Source: Planctomycetota bacterium
Lineage (GTDB): Bacteria > Planctomycetota > Phycisphaerae > SM23-33
Direction of reading: 5' to 3'
Assembly: GCA_034189755.1 (NCBI GenBank)
Contig: JAXIHJ010000104.1
Span: 1 to 40,533, forward strand
DNA length: 40,533 nt
The position numbers and the translations under genes are program-made. This document shows, in pieces, positions 25,901 through 31,736 of the stretch. How positions within the stretch are numbered: the first letter of the stretch is position 1; each line of letters starts with the position of its first letter. The notes below the pieces were generated by a model that was not told where the DNA came from, searched no databases, and saw only the letters and a list, made by a program, of their open reading frames with translations.

Positions 25901-27637
25901 GACCTGACAAGTTTTTCGGTCCGAAACGCCATGACCGGTCAGGCCCGCTCCGGCGGCAGCATTCGAACCGCATCGTTCGGCTCGATGAACGGCGCGCTGG
26001 TAACCGCAGCCGCTGACTTCCAGAACGCGCGAATTACCGGCGACATGCTCAACAGTTGGCTCTTTGCCGGGTTCGACCCGGGCGACGCAGGGTACGACCC
26101 CGTTACGTTTGAAGACGGCAACGTTGCAATCGACGCCTGGGACGCTCCGCTCGTGGCGGCACAGCAGGACAGCCCGCTTGGCGGAAGCTTCCGGTCGGTG
26201 CGAATCGGCGGGGACATGACCGACAGCACGATTTCGGCCGCCGTTGATCCGGGTGTCGACGGCTACTGCGGCACGCCGGACGACGTCGTTTCCGGCATCG
26301 GCTACGTCAACCTGGTCAGGGTTAGCGGAGCCATTTCTGGCACCTCAGGCGGCAACCGCTCCTACGGTGTCATTGCAGCCAGCGAGATGCCGACCGTCTA
26401 CTATCAGCGAAGTTACCCGTTTGTTTCCAGCGGCAGCGCGCAAGTCGGCACGATGTGGTCGGCAGCCGGCAATCTGACCGTTATCGACGTAAATGTGCTG
26501 TATAACTCGCTCACCATCTACTTCGATCATCCGGTGAATACAAGCACGCTCGGAACCGTCTATACCGGCATGGTTCCGGAGTCGTTCACGCTGTTGGTCT
26601 CCGTCGATGACATTTTCGATCCGGCCACGGACACGGTTATCTCGGCAGTAACCCCGCACACGCTGGTCTATGACACCGTAAATTGCAGCGTAACGATGAC
26701 CTTGAGCTTTGGGGCGAGCTGGCAGACGCTGGGTCTCGGGAACCACTACCAGTTGACGCTGGACGGCGCGGTCGTCGCCGACAACCGTGGTTTCCTGCTG
26801 GACGGCGAGTACGAAGGGACCTTCCCGAGCGGCGACGGCGAGCCGGGCGGCGATTTCGTCTACGAATTTACCATCGGGCAGACCGTGCTGAGCAGCGTAC
26901 CGTCATACGAATGGTGGTTCGGCTGTGCCCCAACCGCCGCCGGCATGCTTGCCGGGTACTACGATGGCCTGGGCTACGGCAACCTGATCGTGGGCGACGC
27001 ATCCACGCAAACAGACGAGGTCAATGAAGCCATCGCCAGTTCGGGCGACGGCACCTACTTCTGCGATTCATCCGGCTATCATGAAATGCCCGGAACCGTC
27101 CACGCCACAGTCGGTACCGGACACATCGGTGATTACGCCATCTACGACGGGATCGACGATTCTGGCGGCCTGGCTTATCCGGATATGTCCAGCGTCGATC
27201 CAGGCGGCGCCCATGTGGACGATTGCCTGGCCGACTTTATGTATACTTCCTTCAGCTCCGAAGGTCTGACCATGGGTGGGAGTCTGTCGCCTGACATCGG
27301 CCCGGGCGTGGAAGCCTTTTTCGCTTACAAGGGCTACACAGCCAATTCGTCGGACCTGGTCTTCGGCGTATTTGGCTGGGACGATCTTATTGTGGAGATT
27401 GACAACGACCGGCCGGTCTTGCTGGGCGTCGATGCGGGAGGCACCGGGGGTATGAACCATGCTGTCGTCGCAGTCGGCTACGACACGATCACGAACCAGT
27501 ATGCATGCTACAACACATGGACCGTGGACGATCCGCTAACACCGGCGAATGAAGCACTGCAATGGTACGACTTCAACGGCGTCGCACCCGGTCAGGACTT
27601 TGGTATCGGTATGGCCATCACTGTCGTGGTACCCTGA
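16937..27637 (+). CDS. Giant (3566 aa) acidic, Gly/Asp/Thr/Val-rich multidomain surface/secreted-type protein
   Basis: A single uninterrupted ORF with an AAGGAG SD 7 nt upstream. The internal domains are listed as separate features. Confidence 0.9.
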   Translation: MSIPAESPPENLLPQFESLEQRLLLTTLMGGEFFIYLNSQGEAVRVDLDVGATEDSEDAIVELFTYDDNWGGVHDLVGIPGDDTAGLRINDQQQWGDGVEDIVEYDVENGTWSWINYEKDEFGNDSIRGAETEIFSIYIAMCTPDTVLTISTLTSSDIPESAAGWPAWYNDINTWDSTTLPLLAVIAHDPVNVFAPAGSGGVIVGTQRSPEAGVDGDKLRHIAVANADPETGLSNMGWFPGGNLAPGVSVFGEPFQMINLPVGSDVHSIASDSAGNMFVVDLSAFQGVIVNDDPGGEGFLGEDVSSLASDSAGTFYAVDNALTPLINSPTNSNIGANITGITAGDAGLFYAVDEETHHLLSWSVADGLTDIGELIDANQSQYRYEGVCGLDYNSSSSLMYAIGFVVDTDPAVAPDAPDPSGPFLITIDVTNAQVTSRMLINDGNGTFTAMAFDPAGTCFAVNGATNELVTIDPADGAITVVGTLLDGATSVTGVVGIDFLGQDMYAVTGDHLYRVSPATAACTDRGAVALPADMGSLAYDPTRPGSLYTAVDIGTNEYRFCRIPLGASLVWADVDGVSTLIDVLVDSTEDTWVWQNVYALDYNNGDGLLYGVGTAVDLDTQDAGVPPAGRRLITIDPVTGLVTDVGALTGAADVQSLVFDGGGTLYGLDATTDELYDINPATGAGVLAATVDVSNLEGIEFVNIGANEVLYGVTADELYVFDLNLGAGTATGTLLGDTGQTTLSSLAFDGSGSQDNILWSTASDGTNFYLTRVDLSSVLVALNGWNPVTRQALLFDAAEPAYAYVGIHALEFGPGDVLYGVGTIVNLDPGNVADPASFGPYLITIDTTTGLVTQVVPGTPLVTDLSSLAYDATATWYGVVPDVAGDQLVTVNMATSATTLVGVLTAAAALTGVTGLDFEDGSLYAVTDDSLYEVDAATAVCTLSGLTPFTGLSSLTGDETDTQQLWSTALFGDEYYLVSLATDAEAGIQDIGRVIMAGTLAGAFTTDGNVEVIEMGFLFGNVLVGHNLDTLIARVGGGAVPVPAPTNFVTPDESRIWAGGVITGVYSRSETLYSAIEADNDLTIADPDTLIMEHEVRVAADAHDAAWLAGDLVDHYNDSMETAQFLNHPSGDFTLFGSFPSDPYDSLEDWYALPLMAGQTIVMDGMVISCAAYLYDWDGNWMDSFGFETIEDEGLASIGQQIKPMTFTAPSAGVYYLMLYDLEPRGGAYLLNFTNGPAAALGGVSVVGDYYGMFTGTGSAADKGANIAAKWGGDLGGVVITGSSYYTVAYAAYGGNLVAFQAGEIGTLIDGTYTTNTIISDSNIGRVASTSGFLDANILAGSNFYNPNAYIQNIYAATDYIFANAIMATGSIGVIEIENDLQYGVLISVNSNDTNYTPGMGSRLDLLDIGGDYHCYGGAMLSHGPGGDIGFVYVGGTILVDYGDWIGAVTEELYENGETSILNDDGGGRTTVLPVETTLLDENGAPVLDENGDEVTYTPTYSFCYIPVDDVMGGVGGVVANFRVNGSAVFNTTGVVQVSSLDISDWRPGGGGDPYTSLTFAGGETNIYYLHDHHTHPDYAARTLDIHIDGNLVSANLGQGGWGASSSAVSRDTTVANPYPVDQLDIEKLTVTGDLGAQTGTTGAWLHGWDDAEVIPDVDDGSDADTVAQYYQEAQYGWFHGKHNGVQIWGNLENLRVNGSLGDMRVKNNPRIDAALAFTGRIGTVRVNADNYTAAGDWDGICGILWARRRIDEAYVGDGLADDGGADVARAAIMSGYSIGRVEVNGPYFVVDGQAYHELNGSIIGFSNDIGTTFDEAGNPVVTTYHGVGQVIGLNGARMTANVVGMNLLTFRCYGAPYAAAAGIGTVSFSGVGAEIEGSEITGDYVQKVYTSINSNGISNSHISGHDPVSGEYAVGEVIGGGPGMNRVFVSVTGSDIGTVKGLGANADILSSVFVSTAGMHYIGAKDLYENGIHMPGTVGTMNATHDMISNTVMVGAVDQIKVSNDFELNSFTVAGKIGPMDIGGAFIDSYLSLQGPSIANLKSLVVNGDISGEIVCAGKIGQIISRNGGISADISTIVAEWDGDINLIQTAEGFTGKLYVSGSMGRFISGLSLGESPAQTGETQTFDILGDLNYLKVGSRSVSAHLYAGINVGGDVGTMDISGTLYANVMINGSMKSLIVGGQMGGLLNFTENWTGADGNAWPGVWTFNGDIDQLASQDIQSNRGRVAGDVAAAGTVMAYTRHHARSVDQSVLFNISADGMGFGLIARRSDTAEDTYYLARVVSGGAVGDSLRIYKVVGGVETELADTGLLYDAAGTDFMLRFACTKQGSNTLLQVKMWDASVAEPAAWSAEVTDNEAALQGVRGRFGLYYGLSDVIEALIDNYTADFSRGRLTVMGKLNSMKFPTTGDLFADLAIGGSIKRLNLTGGSILGDLTSRYGAIEGINLNGGSVIGNVTAVSIGNISIRNGNVMGDVTATDGNIKSLSVTGGNLDAEVTARNGRIQRLSVNTGDILPGHTIEAEAGFGTVSIRNGDLLSDLISGRNIKSLTIRGSDIGSALNPVMISAETGIDRVQTDGAVVNSVIRSGSKIGQLNVNSVQDSIISAGWHIGSARIGTNVTGSHILAGYDVGPDGAVGGGDDVAHSGDFKSLDVGGNFNTSVAAAGIDPGASDDFTNLADNTDNNGVSSILRANVRGAAVGSFIQADTYIDPNAPAGAVVPVKNDPVVAPGGSVDFGPETANNTLTIGNLTLTLTGAGLGSYHAATNTLYLNRTTTRSNLRLDNTGANIDITVVGAEDAELSGLQTSGAVTLADTTVHGAIKRLTAANIANGAVWNLYGGIGSASLGGMTNVNATTGELGTWRMDALTGGFLTADAIKGFFAAGSVTGNLTALLGNARIDIRGGDLNGDVTILGTATGLAVSGAVTGVVNVTNGDLQTFRAGSLSGRVEAALGLSRTVTITGAFSGSYRTGMGIGRFASDTFSGLLSTSGDLTSFSVRNAMTGQARSGGSIRTASFGSMNGALVTAAADFQNARITGDMLNSWLFAGFDPGDAGYDPVTFEDGNVAIDAWDAPLVAAQQDSPLGGSFRSVRIGGDMTDSTISAAVDPGVDGYCGTPDDVVSGIGYVNLVRVSGAISGTSGGNRSYGVIAASEMPTVYYQRSYPFVSSGSAQVGTMWSAAGNLTVIDVNVLYNSLTIYFDHPVNTSTLGTVYTGMVPESFTLLVSVDDIFDPATDTVISAVTPHTLVYDTVNCSVTMTLSFGASWQTLGLGNHYQLTLDGAVVADNRGFLLDGEYEGTFPSGDGEPGGDFVYEFTIGQTVLSSVPSYEWWFGCAPTAAGMLAGYYDGLGYGNLIVGDASTQTDEVNEAIASSGDGTYFCDSSGYHEMPGTVHATVGTGHIGDYAIYDGIDDSGGLAYPDMSSVDPGGAHVDDCLADFMYTSFSSEGLTMGGSLSPDIGPGVEAFFAYKGYTANSSDLVFGVFGWDDLIVEIDNDRPVLLGVDAGGTGGMNHAVVAVGYDTITNQYACYNTWTVDDPLTPANEALQWYDFNGVAPGQDFGIGMAITVVVP
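16982..17017 (+). other. N-terminal 'FESLEQRLLLTT' motif of the giant protein
   Basis: Residues 16-27. It resembles the LExRxLL motif I recall near N-termini of large planctomycetal extracellular proteins. There is no basic n-region or clear hydrophobic signal peptide. Confidence 0.5.
18050..19990 (+). other. Three tandem 210-aa modules of beta-propeller-type blades in the giant protein
   Basis: Anchor motifs GLDY (18101), ALDY (18731) and ALEF (19361) are exactly 630 nt apart. Each module has four blades, with signatures such as LYGVG..., LITID(P/T)xTGLVT and LY(A/G)V(T)xDxLYxVD. Confidence 0.6.
20297..20643 (+). other. Pre-peptidase C-terminal (PPC)-like domain in the giant protein
   Basis: 'SLEDWYALPLMAGQTIVMDG...AYLYDWDGNWMDS...FTAPSAGVYYLMLYD...YLLNF' fits the DWY...aGqt...lyd.dG...aGtYyi.V pattern. 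Confidence 0.55.
23504..24066 (+). other. Concanavalin-A/LamG-like lectin-fold domain in the giant protein
   Basis: 'GFGLIARRSDTAEDTYYLARV...LRIYKVVGGVETELA...FMLRFACTKQGSNTLLQVKMWD...GRFGLYY' is typical of LamG/DUF1080-type jelly rolls. Confidence 0.5.
24188..24812 (+). repeat. About 10 tandem 19-22-aa coils of a parallel beta-helix-like repeat in the giant protein
   Basis: IKRLNLTGGSILGDLTSRYGA / IEGINLNGGSVIGNVTAVS / IGNISIRNGNVMGDVTATDGN / IKSLSVTGGNLDAEVTARNGR / IQRLSVNTGDIL... Similar coils recur at 22.7-23.5 kb and 25.3-26.0 kb. Confidence 0.6.
26890..27634 (+). other. C-terminal papain-fold (C39/C10-like) cysteine peptidase domain of the giant protein
   Basis: 'YEWWFGCAPTAAGMLAGYY' (Cys codon 26924-26926, residue 3330) and 'GGMNHAVVAVGYD' (His codon 27458-27460, residue 3508), followed by 'CYNTW'. 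Confidence 0.6.
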
Positions 27638-27669
27638 CCGGCGGGCAGGAATTAGAAATTCTACAAGGC

Positions 27670-27714
27670 GGGCGAAGCTTTCCGACGGACAAAGGCTTCG
27701 CCCGTTGTCCTTTT
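27670..27714 (+). terminator. Rho-independent terminator after the giant gene
   Basis: Stem gggcgaagcttt (27670-27681) / aaaggcttcgccc (27691-27703, one bulge), then gttgtcctttt. Confidence 0.65.
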
Positions 27715-27750
27715 ACCGCACCTGTCCGAAGCGTGGCGAGGTTATGAAGC

Positions 27751-27779
27751 TTGACAACCCTTGCGATTGTCCCATTATA
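27751..27779 (+). promoter_or_regulatory. Sigma70-like promoter candidate for the GT2 operon
   Basis: TTGACA (27751-27756), a 17-nt spacer and ATTATA (27774-27779). The ATG at 27790 has no SD, which implies a very short or absent leader. Confidence 0.35.
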
Positions 27780-27789
27780 GCGCCAAGAC

Positions 27790-28530
27790 ATGGCCGACCT
27801 TACGAACAATAAGATTGTCGGGCGTATCCTTATTATTGTGCCGGCCTGCGACGAGGCCCAATCCATTGCCGCGGTGATGGCCGACCTCCGCGCGCACCTG
27901 CCGGCTGCCGACGTGGTGGTCGTGGATGACGGTTCCACGGACGGAACGGCTGACGTCGCCCGGCGGCACGGGGCGGCGGTGCTTCGGCTGCCTTGCAATC
28001 TCGGCGTCGGCGGCGCGATGCAAACCGGCTACATGTACGCCCGGACCAAGGATTACGACGTAGCCGTACAGTTCGACGGCGACGCCCAGCACAGGGCCAA
28101 CCAGATTTCAGCGATTCTGGACGCCGTCGCCGGCGGGGCGGACCTTGCCGTCGGCAGCCGCCTGTTGGGGGGGATGCGATTTCGCTTCCATCCATTCCGG
28201 TTTCTGGGCAGCCGGCTGCTTGCCGCCTTGGTCTCGCTGATTGTTCGCCAAAAAATTACCGATCCCACCAGCGGGTTCCGGGCCGCCTCACGACGGGCCG
28301 TGGCCTTCTTCGCCGAGCATTATCCGCAGACCTATCTCGCCGATACCACCGAGGCCCTGGTCTGGGCCGGCAGGGGGGGGCTGAAGCTGACGGAGGTTCC
28401 CGTCCGCATGCGCCAGCGACAGGCCGGATCGGCCGCCAGCGGCAATATCAAGGGCGTGGCCCACATGGTGAGAATCATACTCGCGCTGCTTATAGACTGC
28501 TTTGAATCGCGTATCAAACCACAGGAGTAA
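27790..28530 (+). CDS. Family 2 glycosyltransferase (polyprenol-phosphate sugar synthase, GtrB/DPM1-like)
   Basis: 'ILIIVPACDEAQSI', 'VVVVDDGSTDGT', 'VQFDGDAQH' and 'DPTSGFRA'. Confidence 0.85.
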   Translation: MADLTNNKIVGRILIIVPACDEAQSIAAVMADLRAHLPAADVVVVDDGSTDGTADVARRHGAAVLRLPCNLGVGGAMQTGYMYARTKDYDVAVQFDGDAQHRANQISAILDAVAGGADLAVGSRLLGGMRFRFHPFRFLGSRLLAALVSLIVRQKITDPTSGFRAASRRAVAFFAEHYPQTYLADTTEALVWAGRGGLKLTEVPVRMRQRQAGSAASGNIKGVAHMVRIILALLIDCFESRIKPQE

Positions 28531-28535
28531 CATCC

Positions 28536-28949
28536 ATGATTGCCGCCAAGATGCTCAAGGACATCACGATTCACCACCAGGTCCTGCCGCTGACTGCAGC
28601 TGTGCTGATCGCCCTGGTTACCATTGAGCTGGTGCGAAGACGCAAGCTCCGCGAGGAATACGCGATGTTGTGGATCGCCGCCTCGGCGGTGCTGCTGGTG
28701 TTTGCGATATTCCCCCGACTGCTGTGGTACGTCAGCGGCGCCATCGGGCTGGTTTATCATACGACCATGATTATCCTGTGTTTCAGCTTCCTGTCTCTGG
28801 TCGTTATTCACCTGTCCGTCATCATCAGCCGCAACTCCGAGGATACCCGGCAGATGGCCCAGCGAATTGCAATGCTGGAACGGGAGCTTGAAGAACTTCG
28901 CGGCGGACCGGTCCGGGAGCCGGCCTCCGAACATGAGGACCGGCGCTGA
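28536..28949 (+). CDS. DUF2304-like small membrane protein
   Basis: aggag SD. It has three to four TM helices and 'LVRRRKLREEYAMLWI', and sits in the usual position immediately after a GtrB-like GT2. Confidence 0.65.
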   Translation: MIAAKMLKDITIHHQVLPLTAAVLIALVTIELVRRRKLREEYAMLWIAASAVLLVFAIFPRLLWYVSGAIGLVYHTTMIILCFSFLSLVVIHLSVIISRNSEDTRQMAQRIAMLERELEELRGGPVREPASEHEDRR

Positions 28950-28950
28950 G

Positions 28951-30591
28951 ATGCCGCTGCGTGAAACAGCGAAAAACTTCTCCACGCGACCATGTCCCGC
29001 CGATGCGCCGCTGGAGATTTCGCGGCGGTTTGCCGCCATCTGGCTGGCGATTTTTCTTCTCGCCTGCGCGGCGCTTCTTTATAAGCAGATCGCCTTTTCA
29101 CAGATTGCCACCAGTGATGCGTGCGGCTACTACCTTCCGCTGGCCAGGGCCTACGCTGCCGGCGGCGCCTGGCAGCATCCGATGGTCCCGCCGGCCTATC
29201 CACTGGCGACCGGAATGCTGGCTGAGAGGCTTGCGGTTACGGATGACCCGCACGAGTTTGCCGGGCGCATCATTAGCGCCGCCAGCGTGATAGGCATCGT
29301 GGTATGCGTCTACTGTATCGGCTGGTTGCTGTGGAGCCGGCGTCTGGGGCTGGCGGCGGCGGCCCTGACGGCGGTCAACCCATGGATTATCCGCATCGGC
29401 GGCAACGTCGGGCCTAGCCAGATGTACGGCTTGTTCCTCTGCCTGGCGATTCTGTTTCTGGTGGTCTACTGCCAAAAACCGTCGCTGCTCGCCGCCGTCG
29501 GCGCGGCGGTGTTTTCGGCGCTGGCTGCGCTTAGTCGCAGCGAAGGCATCTTCATGCCGCTTCTGGCGTTGGCCGTGCCGATTTTGTGTGTTTGCCGGTC
29601 CTGGCGGCGGTGGTTGCGGGCGGCTGGGCACGTCGCCGTGATAATCGTGGTCGTGCTGGCGGCGTGGTGGCCGAGGCTGTCGTTTATGCGCGCCGAGACT
29701 GGCATGTATGTTCTCGACGTGCGGGTTCTTCAGGCCCTGCCCTGGACGCGCAACTGCGTGGACCGCGCGTGGTTCAAACTGCCCGACCAGGTCGAATCCG
29801 ACCGGCGGGAAAGGCCGTACCGCCGTTCCCACACAGCCGGCGAGGTTTTTCAGGAGGCCGCCGAGAGCCTGGTTATGGTTATCGGTCCCGTTACGTGGGT
29901 GTTGGCCGGGCTTTGGATTGTAGGCCGGCGGAAAGTTCCCCTCCGCTGCGCCGGACAGTGGATTATCGCGGCAGTAATTGTCGCCCAACTGGCCATGGTC
30001 TTGCCTGTGAAGATGGACCGCCGTTACGTTGCGGCGGTAGCTGGGCCGGCGCAAATTTGGGGCGGGCTTGGCCTGATCGTGTTGGCCGAGCGGCTGCGCA
30101 ATGTGCGGAGCGCGTTGCGGAAGTTGGGTGAGTCCATTTCGCTTCAGATGGTCGGCGTGTCGGTCTTGGCCGCAGCATTGGCGGCCTGGTCGCTGTCGAT
30201 GACAAACGTCGGAACCAGGCACGTGGAGCTTCGTGATCTGGGCAGGCTGATCCGCGACAGCGAGCAGTACGGACCGGGCCGGGTTATTATGTCGATTACG
30301 CCCGAGCCGGTCTACTACGCTGGAGGAAAACTTGCCCTGCCGCCGTTGACCGGCAGGCCCAATGAAAATTTTTCGCCGGCTGAGATTCGCCGCTCGTGTC
30401 GGGCCAACTCGGTCTCGCTCATCGTGATCCGGTCCAGGGATCGTTGGGCCGGGTGGTTGTTGAGACGGATCGCCTCCGGTGAGTTGCCCGCCGGCGCGCT
30501 TGTAGCGGCCCGCACCGGTGGCGGCCGCAAGCCTGTTACCTCCTACCTCATCGACGCCGAAAAACTCTTCGCCCCGCCGGATATCCCCTGA
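28951..30591 (+). CDS. Polytopic GT-C-fold glycosyltransferase (ArnT/PMT, GT39-like)
   Basis: Many TM segments and the early loop 'DACGYYLPLARAY'. The start is placed at ATG 28951 (or 28933) rather than ORF-track 28867, which would overlap the DUF2304 gene. Confidence 0.55.
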   Translation: MPLRETAKNFSTRPCPADAPLEISRRFAAIWLAIFLLACAALLYKQIAFSQIATSDACGYYLPLARAYAAGGAWQHPMVPPAYPLATGMLAERLAVTDDPHEFAGRIISAASVIGIVVCVYCIGWLLWSRRLGLAAAALTAVNPWIIRIGGNVGPSQMYGLFLCLAILFLVVYCQKPSLLAAVGAAVFSALAALSRSEGIFMPLLALAVPILCVCRSWRRWLRAAGHVAVIIVVVLAAWWPRLSFMRAETGMYVLDVRVLQALPWTRNCVDRAWFKLPDQVESDRRERPYRRSHTAGEVFQEAAESLVMVIGPVTWVLAGLWIVGRRKVPLRCAGQWIIAAVIVAQLAMVLPVKMDRRYVAAVAGPAQIWGGLGLIVLAERLRNVRSALRKLGESISLQMVGVSVLAAALAAWSLSMTNVGTRHVELRDLGRLIRDSEQYGPGRVIMSITPEPVYYAGGKLALPPLTGRPNENFSPAEIRRSCRANSVSLIVIRSRDRWAGWLLRRIASGELPAGALVAARTGGGRKPVTSYLIDAEKLFAPPDIP

Positions 30592-30613
30592 CGCTCAAAG
30601 CAAAAAACATGCA

Positions 30614-30805
30614 GGGATAAACGCAGATAAACGCGGATAGAAGAATAATGAAAACGACCAACAAAATAGGCCACAAAGAACACAAAGGACACCAAGAATG
30701 TAGAATCTCAAACCGTTTTTCTTTGTGCTCTTTGTGTCCTTTGTGGCAAAGTTTTTTTGTTAAGGATTTTGGGAAATAAAATCTGCGTTAATCTGCGTTT
30801 ATCCC
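30614..30805. repeat. Nested palindromic intergenic element between convergent genes
   Basis: Outer arms 30614-30638 / 30781-30805 match at 23/25 (gataaacgc stutter). Inner arms 30671-30692 / 30725-30746 match at 19/22 (cacaaag stutter). Confidence 0.75.
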
Positions 30806-30810
30806 AGCTT

Positions 30811-30836
30811 ATCTTTTGTTCGCGTCGTTCGCGGCT
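30811..30836. repeat. Second copy of the 'atcttttgttcgcgYYgttcgcggct' arm also seen at 5431-5458
   Basis: Direct comparison: atcttttgttcgcgtcgttcgcggct versus atcttttttgttcgcgttgttcgcggct. Confidence 0.7.
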
Positions 30837-30869
30837 CACTAACCCATGTTGTCGAGCCGGTGCCTGTTC

Positions 30870-31652
30870 CTACCTTCCGAATCGCCGCATCAGCCAGTAG
30901 ACGGTGATAATCTTAGGCGTGTTGACGCAGTGGCGGAACATGGCCCATGGGTATTGTCCTGCGGCGGCCTCGTCAGCAACGGCCAACTCTTCACGAAATT
31001 GCTTCACGAAGCCCCCGCCTGACTTGCTGGCCGGATACCATCGAAACGACCCCATGTACCTATCTACGAACCGTCCCGGCCAATGCGTCCCCAGCCGAAG
31101 CCAGTAGTTGTAGTCCATGCACCAGTGCAGGTCGGTGCGGAACTTGCCCACCTGCTCGCCGGCCGACCGGCGCCAGAACACGCTCATCTGGCATACCCAG
31201 TTCTCCGCCAGCAGCTTGGTGTACTTGTACCGCCTCATGCGGAGGTTTTTGTAGGCCGTAATCCACTTTCGGATTTCCCGCCCGCGCGGGTCGATAATGT
31301 GCACCTTGCCGTAGAGCCATTGTGTCTGCGGCTCGGCGTTGAAGATATCGGCCGCCGCCGCCAGTGCGCCCGGTTCGTAGAGGTCGTCGCTGTTGAGCCA
31401 GCCGATAACGTCGCCCGTCGCCATGGCCAGGCCCTTGTTGAGTGCGTCGGCCTGCCCGTCGTCCGGCTCGGAGACCCACCGCACCGCATCGCCGCAGCCT
31501 TTGAGAAGCTCGACCGTTCCGTCGTCCGAGCCTCCGTCAACAACGATGTGCTCCAGCTCAAAATCGCCTCGCTGAGACTGGACGGAGTCGATTGTTCGGC
31601 CGATGAACTCGGCCTGGTTATACGACGGCGTGATGACGGATATCTTAAGCAT
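30870..31652 (-). CDS. Family 2 glycosyltransferase
   Basis: 'ISVITPSYNQAEFI', 'HIVVDGGSDDGT' and 'GWLNSDD'. Confidence 0.85.
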   Translation of the reverse strand: MLKISVITPSYNQAEFIGRTIDSVQSQRGDFELEHIVVDGGSDDGTVELLKGCGDAVRWVSEPDDGQADALNKGLAMATGDVIGWLNSDDLYEPGALAAAADIFNAEPQTQWLYGKVHIIDPRGREIRKWITAYKNLRMRRYKYTKLLAENWVCQMSVFWRRSAGEQVGKFRTDLHWCMDYNYWLRLGTHWPGRFVDRYMGSFRWYPASKSGGGFVKQFREELAVADEAAAGQYPWAMFRHCVNTPKIITVYWLMRRFGR

Positions 31653-31736
31653 GATTTTGGTTCAGCTGCGACCTTGTGGTTCATTATGGCGATAAGCGGA
31701 CTTCCGGCAGCCGGTAGTGCGGTATCCTGAGCAGGA

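Noticed and set aside
17045-27460. Numerous 60-360-aa ORFs in other frames and strands inside the giant gene (for example 17045-18010, 18524-19597, 19724-20536, 21098-21697, 21752-22414, 24088-24733).
   Set aside because: All overlap the single uninterrupted 10.7-kb frame, which has a coherent domain and repeat structure. Their translations are compositionally biased and motif-free.
16937-27637. Diversity-generating retroelement target or a recently duplicated nucleotide repeat within the giant gene.
   Set aside because: No reverse transcriptase gene and no near-identical template/variable repeat pair were seen. Internal repeats are detectable only at the protein level.
30648-30779. 43-aa ORF (MKTTNKIGHKEHKGHQECRISNRFSLCSLCPLWQSFFVKDFGK) inside the nested palindrome.
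   Set aside because: Its sequence is a direct by-product of translating the palindromic word repeats (HKEHKGH / LCSLCPL). There is no independent coding evidence.
30600-30840. CRISPR-like array, considered because of the short tandem repeats.
   Set aside because: The repeats are only 7-11 nt, directly adjacent with no spacers, and arranged as inverted rather than direct arrays. No cas genes are present in the window.
31722-31735. Palindrome ATCCTGAGCAGGAT between the epimerase and GT2 genes, considered as an operator.
   Set aside because: It is a single short palindrome with no second copy in the window, so the evidence is insufficient.
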